This document shows, in pieces, positions 23,463-35,173 of a DNA stretch of 51,506 nt. Within the stretch, counting starts at the first letter, position 1. Every line of letters starts with the position of its first letter. The notes under the pieces are model-generated. The model saw only the letters and a program-made list of their open reading frames with translations. It ran no database searches and had not been told where the DNA came from. The DNA is taken from contig NIVC01000675.1 in the NCBI GenBank assembly GCA_002269645.1, positions 1-51,506 of the forward strand, read 5' to 3'. The DNA comes from Macrostomum lignano (lineage: Eukaryota). The position numbers were made by a program, and so were the translations under genes.

Positions 23463-24658
23463 GCGACACCACTTCAACGGAAGTCGTTGGTCGCCAGGGG
23501 CTAGCGGAATGGGCGGTCTCCTCCGCCTCCTCGCTGCATCCGCCGGACGCCCCCTGCAGCTAAGTCAAGTCAAGTAAGTCAAGATTGTCTATAAAATCGT
23601 TATTTAAATTGTCTTTATTTATTTTGCTTGTTATTATTATCAGTTTGCAGTGTCTCAGATCGTAGCCAAGTCGCCAGCTGTTAGTTTGGTGTAGGAAAGT
23701 CCAACAGTCAAATAAATAGTTCGTAGATTCGTACAATGAAGGTGAATTTCAAAGGACTTAGGCCAGCTTCACAGACTCGATATATTATAAAACCAACATC
23801 TCCAAGCACTCCTGTTGTTGAAGGTCCCATAGGTCCCATTGTAATTGATGTAGACAGCTCTCCTGTAAGCTTTAGACATCATACTCGTAGGTGTTTGTGG
23901 ATTTTTCGGCACTGCAAAATGACGTTGATTTCGGAATGCATAGCAACTGAATGATTTATTGCACCCCTCCTCAATGCAATTTCAGCACTGCTGTTGCCGC
24001 AGCTGTTCTCACTGGAGGCTTTGGAGTTAATTTTTGTCAAGCGTAAATTGGTCAGAAAAGAAGCAGCGAATCACCACAGGCTCAACGCATTCATTTTATG
24101 CCTTGTATCATCATTCCTGTCAGAGCTTCAGTTTTCTTTGTCTTCTTCCAAAGATGTGTCCGTGGCCTGTCTGTCAGTGCAAGAGAGTAATGAAGCCTTC
24201 TGCCAGTTATCAAAGTGCCGCCTACCGTTCGCTAAAGATTCCTTCATTAAAATTGCCAGCCATCCCTCAAACCGCAGCTCAAATGGCATCCCTGATGATC
24301 CTAACAGAAGATTCCTGCAAAGCCGCTAAAGTTTCTAAAATCCCTGAAACTCTCCAGCTGAGGTCCCTTAGAAGTGACGTCGTTTATCCAAACTATCGGT
24401 TTTGCTCTGTCGCCTTAAATTGTTGCTTCAAATCGAATCGAAAGCAAAGCGAAAGCACTCATATTGCGTATCATATAACACTGATATCAACAATGAGGAA
24501 GCTGCTCCTTTGGCAGGTTTATCCGCAATTAGTGGGTACTAGTCCGCCGTGCAGTTTTTCTCTCCTATTTTGTGCCGCTTTCTGCAGTGTTATTGATTCA
24601 CAACAAATCATATACTTGAATTATATTCTTCTACTCCAAAAACGTCTTAAAAAACACG

Positions 24659-26324
24659 ATGGCAGTCATCCAGGCTGCTCACCAACAGTCGCTCTGTTTA
24701 GCCCTCGATGCCGTGTCCACCACCCTGTCCAGCCGCCTGTCCCCGCTCGCCCGCTCCGACTCGGTGATGGACATCTACGAGGCGCTGACAGCGGCCGTGT
24801 ACCTCATGTCCAGCGCCTCCAACCCGTTGAAAGTCAGCCGCGAGTCGCGCCGACTGTCATTCGAGCAGGGCGCCTGGGTACACATGGGCAGGACGCAGAC
24901 GGTTGAGGACATGGTCGAGAGCGGCTTCTTCTACCTTCAGGTGAGCTAAAGGTGATAGTTAAGAAGCAAACGTTTAGGAGCTAAATAGATTATCTTCAGC
25001 GCCTGGTCTGAGGTCTATGATCTATTATATGGAGGGCTTAAGCAGTCGACTCTGCAGTTTACAAAGTACGAGCGTATTCACAATCAGACTCAGACCCACT
25101 AGGCTTCACTACTGAGCAGGATCTAACGGTGTATCGTTTGTTCTGCTGTCTGTCAAAGTGCAACTGATATGTGGTAGTAACCATAGGAAGTGTTTTGTAA
25201 GGCCAACACGGAAGCTGCATTCTGCAGACAATCATCGATTGGCAGGACAGCACAAAGACCTAAAGATCAGTGAGACAGCCACCCGCAAAGCTAAGAGACA
25301 TGGCTATTGCATAGAATCAATTCAGCAGTGTCTTCTTAGTATTATAATAATTAGTTGATGGATTTATGTTTTGGCTGATGTTCACTGTCTGGTTTAAGCT
25401 ATCACCTTTATTAGTACGAGTTATTGAATAAAGACCGAATGTCTCTTTAGATCACGGGGTTTTGACGAAGAAGTTGATTTACAGCATGCATTCATCGTTA
25501 CAGCATGTATTTAACCGCAGGAGGACGATCACGTGAAATGCTTCTTCTGCGACCTCGGCCTCAAAGACTGGGACGCTGGCGACGTCCCCGAGATGGAGCA
25601 CGCCAAGTTCAGCCCGCTCTGCTTCTTCCTCAAGAGCTCGCGCGGTCTGGAATGGCTGCGCAGGTCGAGTCCCCGACCTCCTAACTACCCGACGTCCTAC
25701 ACCCGACAGGACCACAACCAGCTGCTGCGGATTCTGTCGGACGAGCTGCTCAGCGAGCCGGTGGACATTGTGTGCAAGCTGGGATTCTGCGACACCAAAG
25801 TGCTGCTCTGCATCGCCAGAAAGTTCATCCGGTTCAGGCAGAAGTTCACCAGACAAGAGCTGCTGCAAGAGATGCACAAGGAGTGGGACCGCGAGATGGC
25901 GGGCGAGCCCGAGCACTTCATCGGCAAGTTCGACCTCGCAGCCGTGCTCAGACAGTTCCGCGACTCCATGGCCTCCGTTCCCGGACCTCCGCCCGGCTCT
26001 CAGCGACAGCCGCTGACCCAGCAGCAGCAGCTGCAGCAGCAGGGCGGCTCTGTCGGTAACCGTTGCCCGAACTGCAACATCCGGGATGTGGAGATCGTGT
26101 GTCTCCCCTGCGGTCACCTGAGCCTCTGCTTGCAGTGCAGCCGAACCGTCCGAGTGTGTCCCGCCATCGGCTGCGGACAGCAGGTGGACAACGTCCAGGG
26201 AACTGGCGTTCTTTCGGTTGAGCGGAATGACATCCGTAATCGAGTGCACAGCACACCTCGCTACAACGGATTTTCATTTGGCCGAATGCGCGTTTTACGT
26301 TTAGGCGAGAGTGGGCTGTTTTAA
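24659..26324 (+). CDS. Inhibitor-of-apoptosis (BIR-UBA-RING) protein, copy 1, 361 aa, with a rearranged C-terminus; exons 24659-24940 and 25521-26324
   Basis: The phase-0 intron joins GFFYLQ|EDDHVKCFFCDLGLKDWDAGDVPEMEHAKFSPLC (BIR, C-x2-C...H...C). LGF UBA-like segment and RING CPNC..CLPCGH..CLQC..CPAIGC are present. Confidence 0.9.
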
Positions 26325-29300
26325 ACGCAGTTCGTAAAAAATTACCTGCTGAACATATATATTCGATGGTTGTTTGATTGACACTGTAGGGTAAGATAAG
26401 ACTAAAAACAGTTATAGATGATGTCCTCTAGTTTTGTGATTCCCTGTGCTCCCTGAGCAAGTGACCTGAGTCATCTTATGAGTTACAGCTGTCACCTTTC
26501 CTCACCTTCGAGTTTCGTAAGTAAATGGGACTATGCGTTGTGCTTTTCTTGTGCACAAGGGCAGTTTGGTTAGACCCTCGAGTGTGTTTGAGTTCTCTTC
26601 AGTAATGTACATGTGATCCGGCCGTTACATAGCTGGTTGCATCTGTTAAGTTACATGTGGAGTTGCTCTTCTTGATATGATTTTAAAATTTTAGGTATTC
26701 ATTTTTACGCTTAAATATCGTCAAAACTCTCATCACATTTTTGTAACAATTATGTTGGCTTTTTGAGGAGCGTGTGTTCTGGAATTTTCAGACGTTTTGT
26801 TTTCCATCCAGTTTTCAATTGAAATCTTTTACTGCTAGCCTACCATTGCCATAGCTAGTTTAAAGTGTTCGAACAATCGAGAAAACATGCAGCTCAAATT
26901 AATCCAGCTGGTTGCTAAAATTTTATGAAAGGAACTCAAAATTTATACCCTATTCTGTTTTATTCAATTCAAATCATTTTCTGTACGGAGGCGCTGAGCC
27001 GACGACTCTAATATAAAATAATTTCGGACTGGTTATAGCTTTATCATTCTGGAATTTCCGCGGAATTACCACGGGATGGCCTTGGAGTTGCCGTAAAGTT
27101 GTAAAAAATTTCAGTTTGAGTGTATTTTCCATATTTGTATAATACAATTGTGCGTGCCGTGCAATTATATTGTCCGATTGTCCTTTACAGCCCTTTGTTT
27201 CTATAACGAGATGCTACCGCGGAGTTGCCCCGGAAATGCCACCGAATTGCCGTGGAATTTCCGCGGGAATTTCGTAAAAGCATATTTATTGTGGTACTCT
27301 CACATCTGTGAAGTTTTTCCCCTCCTCCGCCATTTCGCTTACTTCACATTTTTGTGTCCTTGTTTACATGTACTTAAAATTGATTGGTGTACCTGTAAAT
27401 ATTTACTTTATCAACTAATGACATTTATCGCATTTTGGAATATCTCGAAAAATGCTTACTCTTCTTGCTGATGATTGCCGATTGGTTCGTGAAATTCCTT
27501 TCTGGCAGCTGATTCGAATGCCTACGAGCGTACATGTACATTCGCCAGGGGAAGCTGCACTGCATGATGGAGCCACGCACTTCAACCGTAAGCGGTGCCT
27601 TGACTACTACTGCTGTACTTGCTTATATAACTACAATTTGGTTCAGGATCGATATAGCTTCGTTTTGCCTATTGTGTGCTTCTATATTCAATGGTACATG
27701 CAAATATATATACAAATTCTTTTGAATTTTAGACTATAGCAACATTTAACATATGTATGCTTGTGTACTATTACAGTGCACGTTCGCAGACAGAAGGGAG
27801 ACAACCGCTGCTGAACACAGCTGTTTGGCGGCAGATCCTGCACATGGCGTCGAGCCGCTGCATCAGCCGGACGATGTTGCAAGAAGCTGCAGCAGCACCA
27901 GAGCTGGGGATTTCTGCGCGAGGCAACCAGCAGGTAAGGGGGCTTAAAAAACCATAAGCAAAACTCTATCTTATAAGCAAAACAGAGCCAACGCAAATGC
28001 CTTAAATATCCATGGCGTCAGTTCACCAAATTACATGCACATTCACGTAACTGCTTTTTTCTCGATTTGGTTAGCGGCTATTCCATGGAAAAGCCGTGGA
28101 AAGTCCTTGTCCTTGTCTGGGTAAACAAGGTTCGATTCCATCGCGTGTGCCTGACAACACTTTAATTGAGGGTTCCTCATATATTAGGTATGGCACAGCA
28201 TTACTGAATAGAATATCCCAGCATAGAAAAAGTTTTCGTATAATAGTGTCATCCAAAAAATTAGATTTATGAGAATGGATTTGTAGGTATTAAGTATACA
28301 GACATGGTATACAGCTCTGTTAGATATTCACGCTGGTGTAAATAAAAAAGAGTCGAGTTAAGAAAAAAGAATATCTTTGCTTCTACGAGTATATAGAGAA
28401 TATCTGGCCTGGTAGGTACTGCAATTTGCGCAGCTAGCTGCATATGTCGATCTGTTTACTCAACAGTAAGCGTTAATATTCAGCACCATGTGATGTTTTT
28501 TGCAGTCCTAACAGAAGGAACAATAATGATTAATTTTGCATCAAGCGTCAGTGCTATATTTAGACTTGCAGCAAAACCTCCGAAGTTTAACAACTCAGCT
28601 GACTACTGTATAGGAACTAGCAATCAGCGCCTCGGTTGGGCAGGCAACAAAAAATTGAATAAACTACATGTAGCTTCTGATCTCTCAGCCTTGACAACTC
28701 CTAGCAATCCTCCCGTAAGTTTAACAACTCAGCATCTCAGCAAAACCCGATGATTGTAGATAAACCTCTCTATTGGCAGACAGAACGGTTGACTTCAGCT
28801 CACTACTCAACGCTGCAATGACGCAATGTTGTTCAACTTTCGTTCAGGGTGGCAGTTTTCAATTTTACTGAGTGCTCATACGAGCTATATGCCTCAGCAA
28901 ATACCCCCCTAACCTATTTAAAGTAGTTCTTTTTAAAAATGATTATTCATCTTTTTATAGTGGACACTCGTTAGCTACTGTCCTAAGAATTAGTTAATAG
29001 TAACTAATGCTTGCAAACGAAGAGTAGAGTACATGTACTACAGTCTTGCCATGGGCTTGCCACGGTAGTGCCACAGACTGTCCATGGCCGAAACGCAAGA
29101 GTTCAATAAAAGACTTGACTAGCAAGAGAGCCACGACAATGCAAAAGAATTCAGTGTAAAACTAAATCAGATAGAAGAGGTGTGATGTGCAACGACGATG
29201 CATCGGTAAGTAGATGTTCATTGGTTTGATTTTTTTAATATTTAAACAAATAGAAAAAATAGCAAAAACTACTCTATATTCCTTAGACAATTACAAAAAT

Positions 29301-29588
29301 TATTCATAGTCACATTCAAAAACGTTCAAATAACGGGAATAGCTTTACGAATTTTCTGTGTACATAATGTGAGTATGAAGCTATAGGTAATCGAGTACAC
29401 CCAAAAACCTGAGATTTTTATGCGGACTAAAATATATTTAAAGCAAGGTTAAAAACAAAAAATTTGCTTTTTACTTGGCAAGTTATCTACTGTAATTTGT
29501 TTGACGGAAAATACCTTTTAAGAATTTAAAAGTATTGGACTAACGTATGTTGCGATTTCAAACCTTATAATATGCGCCTTGCCTCCAG

Positions 29589-30372
29589 ACAGCAGTTCCG
29601 AAGTGTCGGGCATCCTGGAGGTCAGCGGTCCCCTCGTGTTCAAAGAGTACTTCGGCCGGCCGGAGGACACAGCAAAGGAGTTCACCGAGGACGGCTGGTT
29701 TCGCACCGGCGACTCGGCCGCCTGTGACCTCGGCGGCAGCTTCCGCATACTCGGCCGAACCTCGGTGGACATCATAAAATCCGGTGGCTACAAAATCAGC
29801 GCCCTGGAGGTCGAGGCCGCGTTCTTTGGCCATCCGGCATTGATCGAATGCGCGGTGGTGGCCGTCCCGGATGACACCTGGGGGGAGCGGCTGGTTCTGG
29901 TGGTTGTGCCGGCGCCTGGGCAGCCGCAGGCGGATCTGGCCGGCCTGCAGACGTGGGCGGCGCAGCGCTTAGCCAAGTACAAGTGGCCCAGGGAGCTGCG
30001 GGTGAGAGCGTTTTACTCCCAGAGATTTTTGGTTGGTTGGTTGGTTGGTTGGTTCTGACTAGCAGCTATTAGAGAGGCTATTATTGGCATTTTCGGTGAA
30101 TTATTTCTTAATAGTCAGGTACAGGTCCAGGCTATAGCTGAATCTGCTGAAAATCGAAGTGATAAATAGACCCGCAGTCATCTAGAAGGCAAGCACTGAC
30201 CATTTTTATGCTTATAATTTCATAATTTAGTTATCATCCTGCGCCACTTTTTATCCAGTTTGCATTGCTTCTGCGCTTCCAGATTTTGGACAGCCTGCCC
30301 AGAAATGCCATGGGCAAAGTTAACAAGAAGCAGCTCAAACTGATGGTGCAGTCTGCGACTGACGGCTCTTGA
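29589..30372 (+). pseudogene. ACSF3: ACSF3 3' fragment (exon 4 29589-30001, exon 5 30283-30372)
   Basis: Near-identical to 16916-17697. Homology starts abruptly in intron 3 at ~29466. Confidence 0.88.
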
Positions 30373-31623
30373 CTGATTTGTATTTGATTTGTTTTTGCCA
30401 TTATTTTTCTTTAATTAATGAGAAATCCGACTAGATAAATTTGTTCTATCGGTGATTGTCTTTGAAATAGTTAATTAAATTGTCTTTACTTTTTTGTTAT
30501 TATTATCAGTTTGCAGTGTCTCAGATCGTAGCCAAGTCGCCAGCTGTTAGTTTGGTGTAGGAAAGTCCAACAGTCAAATAAATAGTTCGTAGATTCGTAG
30601 AATGAAGGTGAACTTCAAAGGACTTCAAGGCCAGCTTCACAGACTCGATATATTATAGAACCAACATCTCCAAGCACTCCTGTTGTTGAAGATCCCATTA
30701 GGTCCCATTGTAACTGATGTAGACAGCTCTCCTGTAAGTTTTAGACATCATACTCGTAGGTGTTTGTGGATTTTTGGCACTGCAAAATGGCGTTGATTTC
30801 GTAATGCATAGCAACTGAATGATTTATTGCACCCCTCCTCAATGCAATTTCAGCTCTGCTGTTGCCGCAGCTGTTCTCACTGGAGGCTTTGGAACTAATT
30901 TTTGTCAAGCGTAAATTGGTCAGAAAAGAAGCAGCGAATCACCACAGGCTCAACGCATTCATTCTATGCCTTGTATCATCATTCCTGTCAGAGCTTCAGT
31001 TTTCTTTGTCTTCTTCCCTACTGTCAGCATGTGCTGCTAAAGCGCCAACTGCGCGGCGGACTAGTGCCACTATTTTGTGGGCAAATTTGTCTAACATTTT
31101 TTCATTTTCACAATTGTCATGTGTCCGTGGCCTGTCTGTCAGTGCAAGAGAGTAATGAAGCCTTCTGCCAGTTATCAAAGTGCCGCCTACCGTTCGCTAA
31201 AGATTCCTTCATTAAAATTGCCAGCCATCCCTCAAACCGCAGCTCAAATGGCATCCCTGATGATCCTAACAGAAGATTCCTGCAAAGCCGCTAAAGTTTC
31301 TAAAATCCCTGAAACTCTCCAGCTGAGGTCCCTTAGAAGTGACGTCGTTTATCCAAACTATCGGTTTTGCTCTGTCGCCTTAAATTGTTGCTTCAAATCG
31401 AATCGAAAGCAAAGCGAAAGCACTCATATTGCGTATCATATAACACTGATATCAACAATGAGGAAGCTGCTCCTTTGGCAGGTTTATCCGCAATTAGTGG
31501 GTACTAGTCCGCCGTGCAGTTTTTCTCTCCTATTTTGTGCCGCTTTCTGCAGTGTTATTGATTCACAACAAATCATATACTTGAATTATATTCTTCTACT
31601 CCAAAAACGTCTTAAAAAACACG

Positions 31624-33289
31624 ATGGCAGTCATCCAGGCTGCTCACCAACAGTCGCTCTGTTTAGCCCTCGATGCCGTGTCCACCACCCTGTCCAGCCG
31701 CCTGTCCCCGCTCGCCCGCTCCGACTCGGTGATGGACATCTACGAGGCGCTGACAGCGGCCGTGTACCTCATGTCCAGCGCCTCCAACCCGTTGAAAGTC
31801 AGCCGCGAGTCGCGCCGACTGTCATTCGAGCAGGGCGCCTGGGTACACATGGGCAGGACGCAGACGGTTGAGGACATGGTCGAGAGCGGCTTCTTCTACC
31901 TTCAGGTGAGCTAAAGGTGATAGTTAAGAAGCAAACGTTTAGGAGCTAAATAGATTATCTTCAGCGCCTGGTCTGAGGTCTATGATCTATTATATGGAGG
32001 GCTTAAGCAGTCGACTCTGCAGTTTACAAAGTACGAGCGTATTCACAATCAGACTCAGACCCACTAGGCTTCACTACTGAGCAGGATCTAACGGTGTATC
32101 GTTTGTTCTGCTGTCTGTCAAAGTGCAACTGATATGTGGTAGTAACCATAGGAAGTGTTTTGTAAGGCCAACACGGAAGCTGCATTCTGCAGACAATCAT
32201 CGATTGGCAGGACAGCACAAAGACCTAAAGATCAGTGAGACAGCCACCCGCAAAGCTAAGAGACATGGCTATTGCATAGAATCAATTCAGCAGTGTCTTC
32301 TTAGTATTATAATAATTAGTTGATGGATTTATGTTTTGGCTGATGTTCACTGTCTGGTTTAAGCTATCACCTTTATTAGTACGAGTTATTGAATAAAGAC
32401 CGAATGTCTCTTTAGATCACGGGGTTTTGACGAAGAAGTTGATTTACAGCATGCATTCATCGTTACAGCATGTATTTAACCGCAGGAGGACGATCACGTG
32501 AAATGCTTCTTCTGCGACCTCGGCCTCAAAGACTGGGACGCTGGCGACGTCCCCGAGATGGAGCACGCCAAGTTCAGCCCGCTCTGCTTCTTCCTCAAGA
32601 GCTCGCGCGGTCTGGAATGGCTGCGCAGGTCGAGTCCCCGACCTCCTAACTACCCGACGTCCTACACCCGACAGGACCACAACCAGCTGCTGCGGATTCT
32701 GTCGGACGAGCTGCTCAGCGAGCCGGTGGACATTGTGTGCAAGCTGGGATTCTGCGACACCAAAGTGCTGCTCTGCATCGCCAGAAAGTTCATCCGGTTC
32801 AGGCAGAAGTTCACCAGACAAGAGCTGCTGCAAGAGATGCACAAGGAGTGGGACCGCGAGATGGCGGGCGAGCCCGAGCACTTCATCGGCAAGTTCGACC
32901 TCGCAGCCGTGCTCAGACAGTTCCGCGACTCCATGGCCTCCGTTCCCGGACCTCCGCCCGGCTCTCAGCGACAGCCGCTGACCCAGCAGCAGCAGCTGCA
33001 GCAGCAGGGCGGCTCTGTCGGTAACCGTTGCCCGAACTGCAACATCCGGGATGTGGAGATCGTGTGTCTCCCCTGCGGTCACCTGAGCCTCTGCTTGCAG
33101 TGCAGCCGAACCGTCCGAGTGTGTCCCGCCATCGGCTGCGGACAGCAGGTGGACAACGTCCAGGGAACTGGCGTTCTTTCGGTTGAGCGGAATGACATCC
33201 GTAATCGAGTGCACAGCACACCTCGCTACAACGGATTTTCATTTGGCCGAATGCGCGTTTTACGTTTAGGCGAGAGTGGGCTGTTTTAA
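31624..33289 (+). CDS. IAP (BIR-UBA-RING) copy 2, 361 aa, rearranged C-terminus; exons 31624-31905 and 32486-33289
   Basis: Translated exons are identical to copy 1 in the ORF track. Confidence 0.9.
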
Positions 33290-33818
33290 ACGCAGTTCGT
33301 AAAAAATTACCTGCTGAATATATATTCGATGGTTGTTTGATTGACACTGTAGGGTAAGATAAGACTAAAAACAGTTATAGATGATGTCCTCTAGTTTTGT
33401 GATTCCCTGTGCTCCCTGAGCAAGTGACCTGAGTCATCTTATGAGTTACAGCTGTCACCTTTCCTCACCTTCGAGTTTCGTAAGTAAATGGGACTATGCG
33501 TTGTGCTTTTCTTGTGCACAAGGGCAGTTTGGTTAGACCCTCGAGTGTGTTTGAGTTCTCTTCAGTAATGTACATGTGATCCGGCCGTTACATAGCTGGT
33601 TGCATCTGTTAAGTTACGTGCGGAGTTGCTCTTGGGAATATGATTTTAAAATTTTAGGTATTTAGGTAGTGGACTTAAGTAGTCCGTGCCTCATATATTA
33701 GGTATGGCACAGCATTACTGAATAGAATATCCCAGCATAGAAAAAGTTTTCGTATAATAGTGTCATCCAAAAAATTAGATTGATGAGAATGAATTTGGTA
33801 TTAAGTATAGAAACATGG

Positions 33819-33932
33819 GGGTCGTACTATAAAGCTGTCGTAGCGTAAGTTCGATCGTACGTCGGAACTTTTACACTGCGGAGATAGGAGCTAAGAACGA
33901 TCTTATCTTACGATGGCTTTATAGAACGGTTC
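33819..33932. mobile_element. 114-bp MITE-like insertion
   Basis: Imperfect TIRs (..CTATAAAGC / GCTTTATAG..) with CATGG duplicated at 33814-33818 and 33933-33937. Absent from the paralogous site near 28300 (ACATGGTATAC). Confidence 0.7.
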
Positions 33933-35173
33933 CATGGTATACTGCTCTGTTAGATATTCACGCTGGTAGCTGCATAGTCTTCTGTTTACTCAACAGTAAG
34001 CGTTAATATTCAGCACCATGTGATGTTTTTTGCAGTCCTAACAGAAGGAACAATAATGATTAATTTTGCATCCAGCGTCAGTGCTATTTTTAGACTTGCA
34101 GCAAAACCTCCGACGTTTAACAACTCAGCTGACTACTGTATAGGAGGAACTAGCAATCAGCGCCTCGGTTGGGGAGGCAACAAAAAATTGGATAAACTAC
34201 ATGTAGCTTCTGATCTCTCAGATTAAAAAACTCCTAGCAATCCCCCCGTAAGTTTAACAACTCAGCATCTCAGCAAAACCCGATGATTGTAGATAAACCT
34301 CTCTATTGGCAGACAGAACGGTTGACTTCAGCTCACTACTCTACGCTGCAATGACGCAATGTTGTTCAACTTTCGTTCAGGGTGGCAGTTTTCAATTTTA
34401 CTGAGTGCTCATACGAGCTATATGCCTCAGCAAATAGCCCCCCTAACCTATTTAAAGTAGTTCTTTTTAAAAATGATTATTCATCTTTTTATAGTGGACA
34501 CTCCTTAGCTACTGTCCTAAGAATTAGTTAATAGTAACTAATGCTTGCAAACGGAGAGTAGAGTACATGTACTGGTACTACAGTCTTGCCATGGGCTTGC
34601 CACGGTAGTGCCACAGACTGTCCATGGCCGAACCGCAAGAGTTCAATATAACACTTGACTAGCAAGAGAGCCACGACAATGCAAAAGAATTCAGTGTAAA
34701 ACTAAATCAGATAGAAGAGGTGTGATGTGCAACGACGATGCATCGGTAAGTAGATGTTCATTGGTTTGATTTTTTTAATATTTAAACAAATAGAAAAAAT
34801 AGCAAAAACTACTCTATATTCTTTAGACAATTACAAAAATTATTCATAGTCACATTCAAAAACGTTCAAATAACGGGAATAGCTTTACGAATTTTCTGTG
34901 TACATAATGTGAGTATGAAGCTATAGGTAATCGAGTACACCCAAAAACCTGAGATTTTTATGCGGACTAAAATATATTTAAAGCAAGGTTAAAAACAAAA
35001 ATATCTACAATCTACAGTATAATTAGTTAAAAACTTAATAGAAAGCATGGTATCATAAGTATTGCGGTGGCTTACGGTCACGGTGATGGAAATGAATTCA
35101 AAGTTTACAGGTCAGTCAGTACCAGCAGATTCTAGTAGCTTTGTTTCCTTAATTACGCTGCGTCCGTCAATTC

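Larger units (their letters stand above)
17791..23582 (+). mobile_element. Full-length LOA-like LINE (5'UTR, ORF1, APE-RT-RNaseH ORF2, TAAGTCAAG-type tail)
   Basis: Perfect 12-bp TSD GATTGTCTATAA at 17779-17790 and 23583-23594. The empty site is seen in the inverted paralog near 37885-37900. Domain motifs match the first element. Confidence 0.95.

Noticed and set aside
593-23577. Many antisense or off-frame ORFs overlapping the two LINEs
   Set aside because: Shadow ORFs of GC-rich coding sequence.
24034-24906. 290-aa and 250-aa ORFs upstream of and overlapping IAP exon 1 (also 31119-31871 and 36475-37227)
   Set aside because: Off-frame relative to the BIR, low-information composition, and 5' part altered by a ~110-bp indel between copies.
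25479-26249. 256-aa antisense ORF to IAP exon 2 (also 32444-33214 and 35273-35911)
   Set aside because: Codon-shadow ORF whose end differs between copies.
27509-27933. Two exon-like segments with AG/GT ends (27509-27587 and 27777-27933)
   Set aside because: All three spliced frames contain stops, and no product is recognisable.
29461-35001. Shared breakpoint at TTAAAAACAAAAA as a recombination hotspot or mobile-element end
   Set aside because: More simply explained as the single boundary of one tandem duplication.
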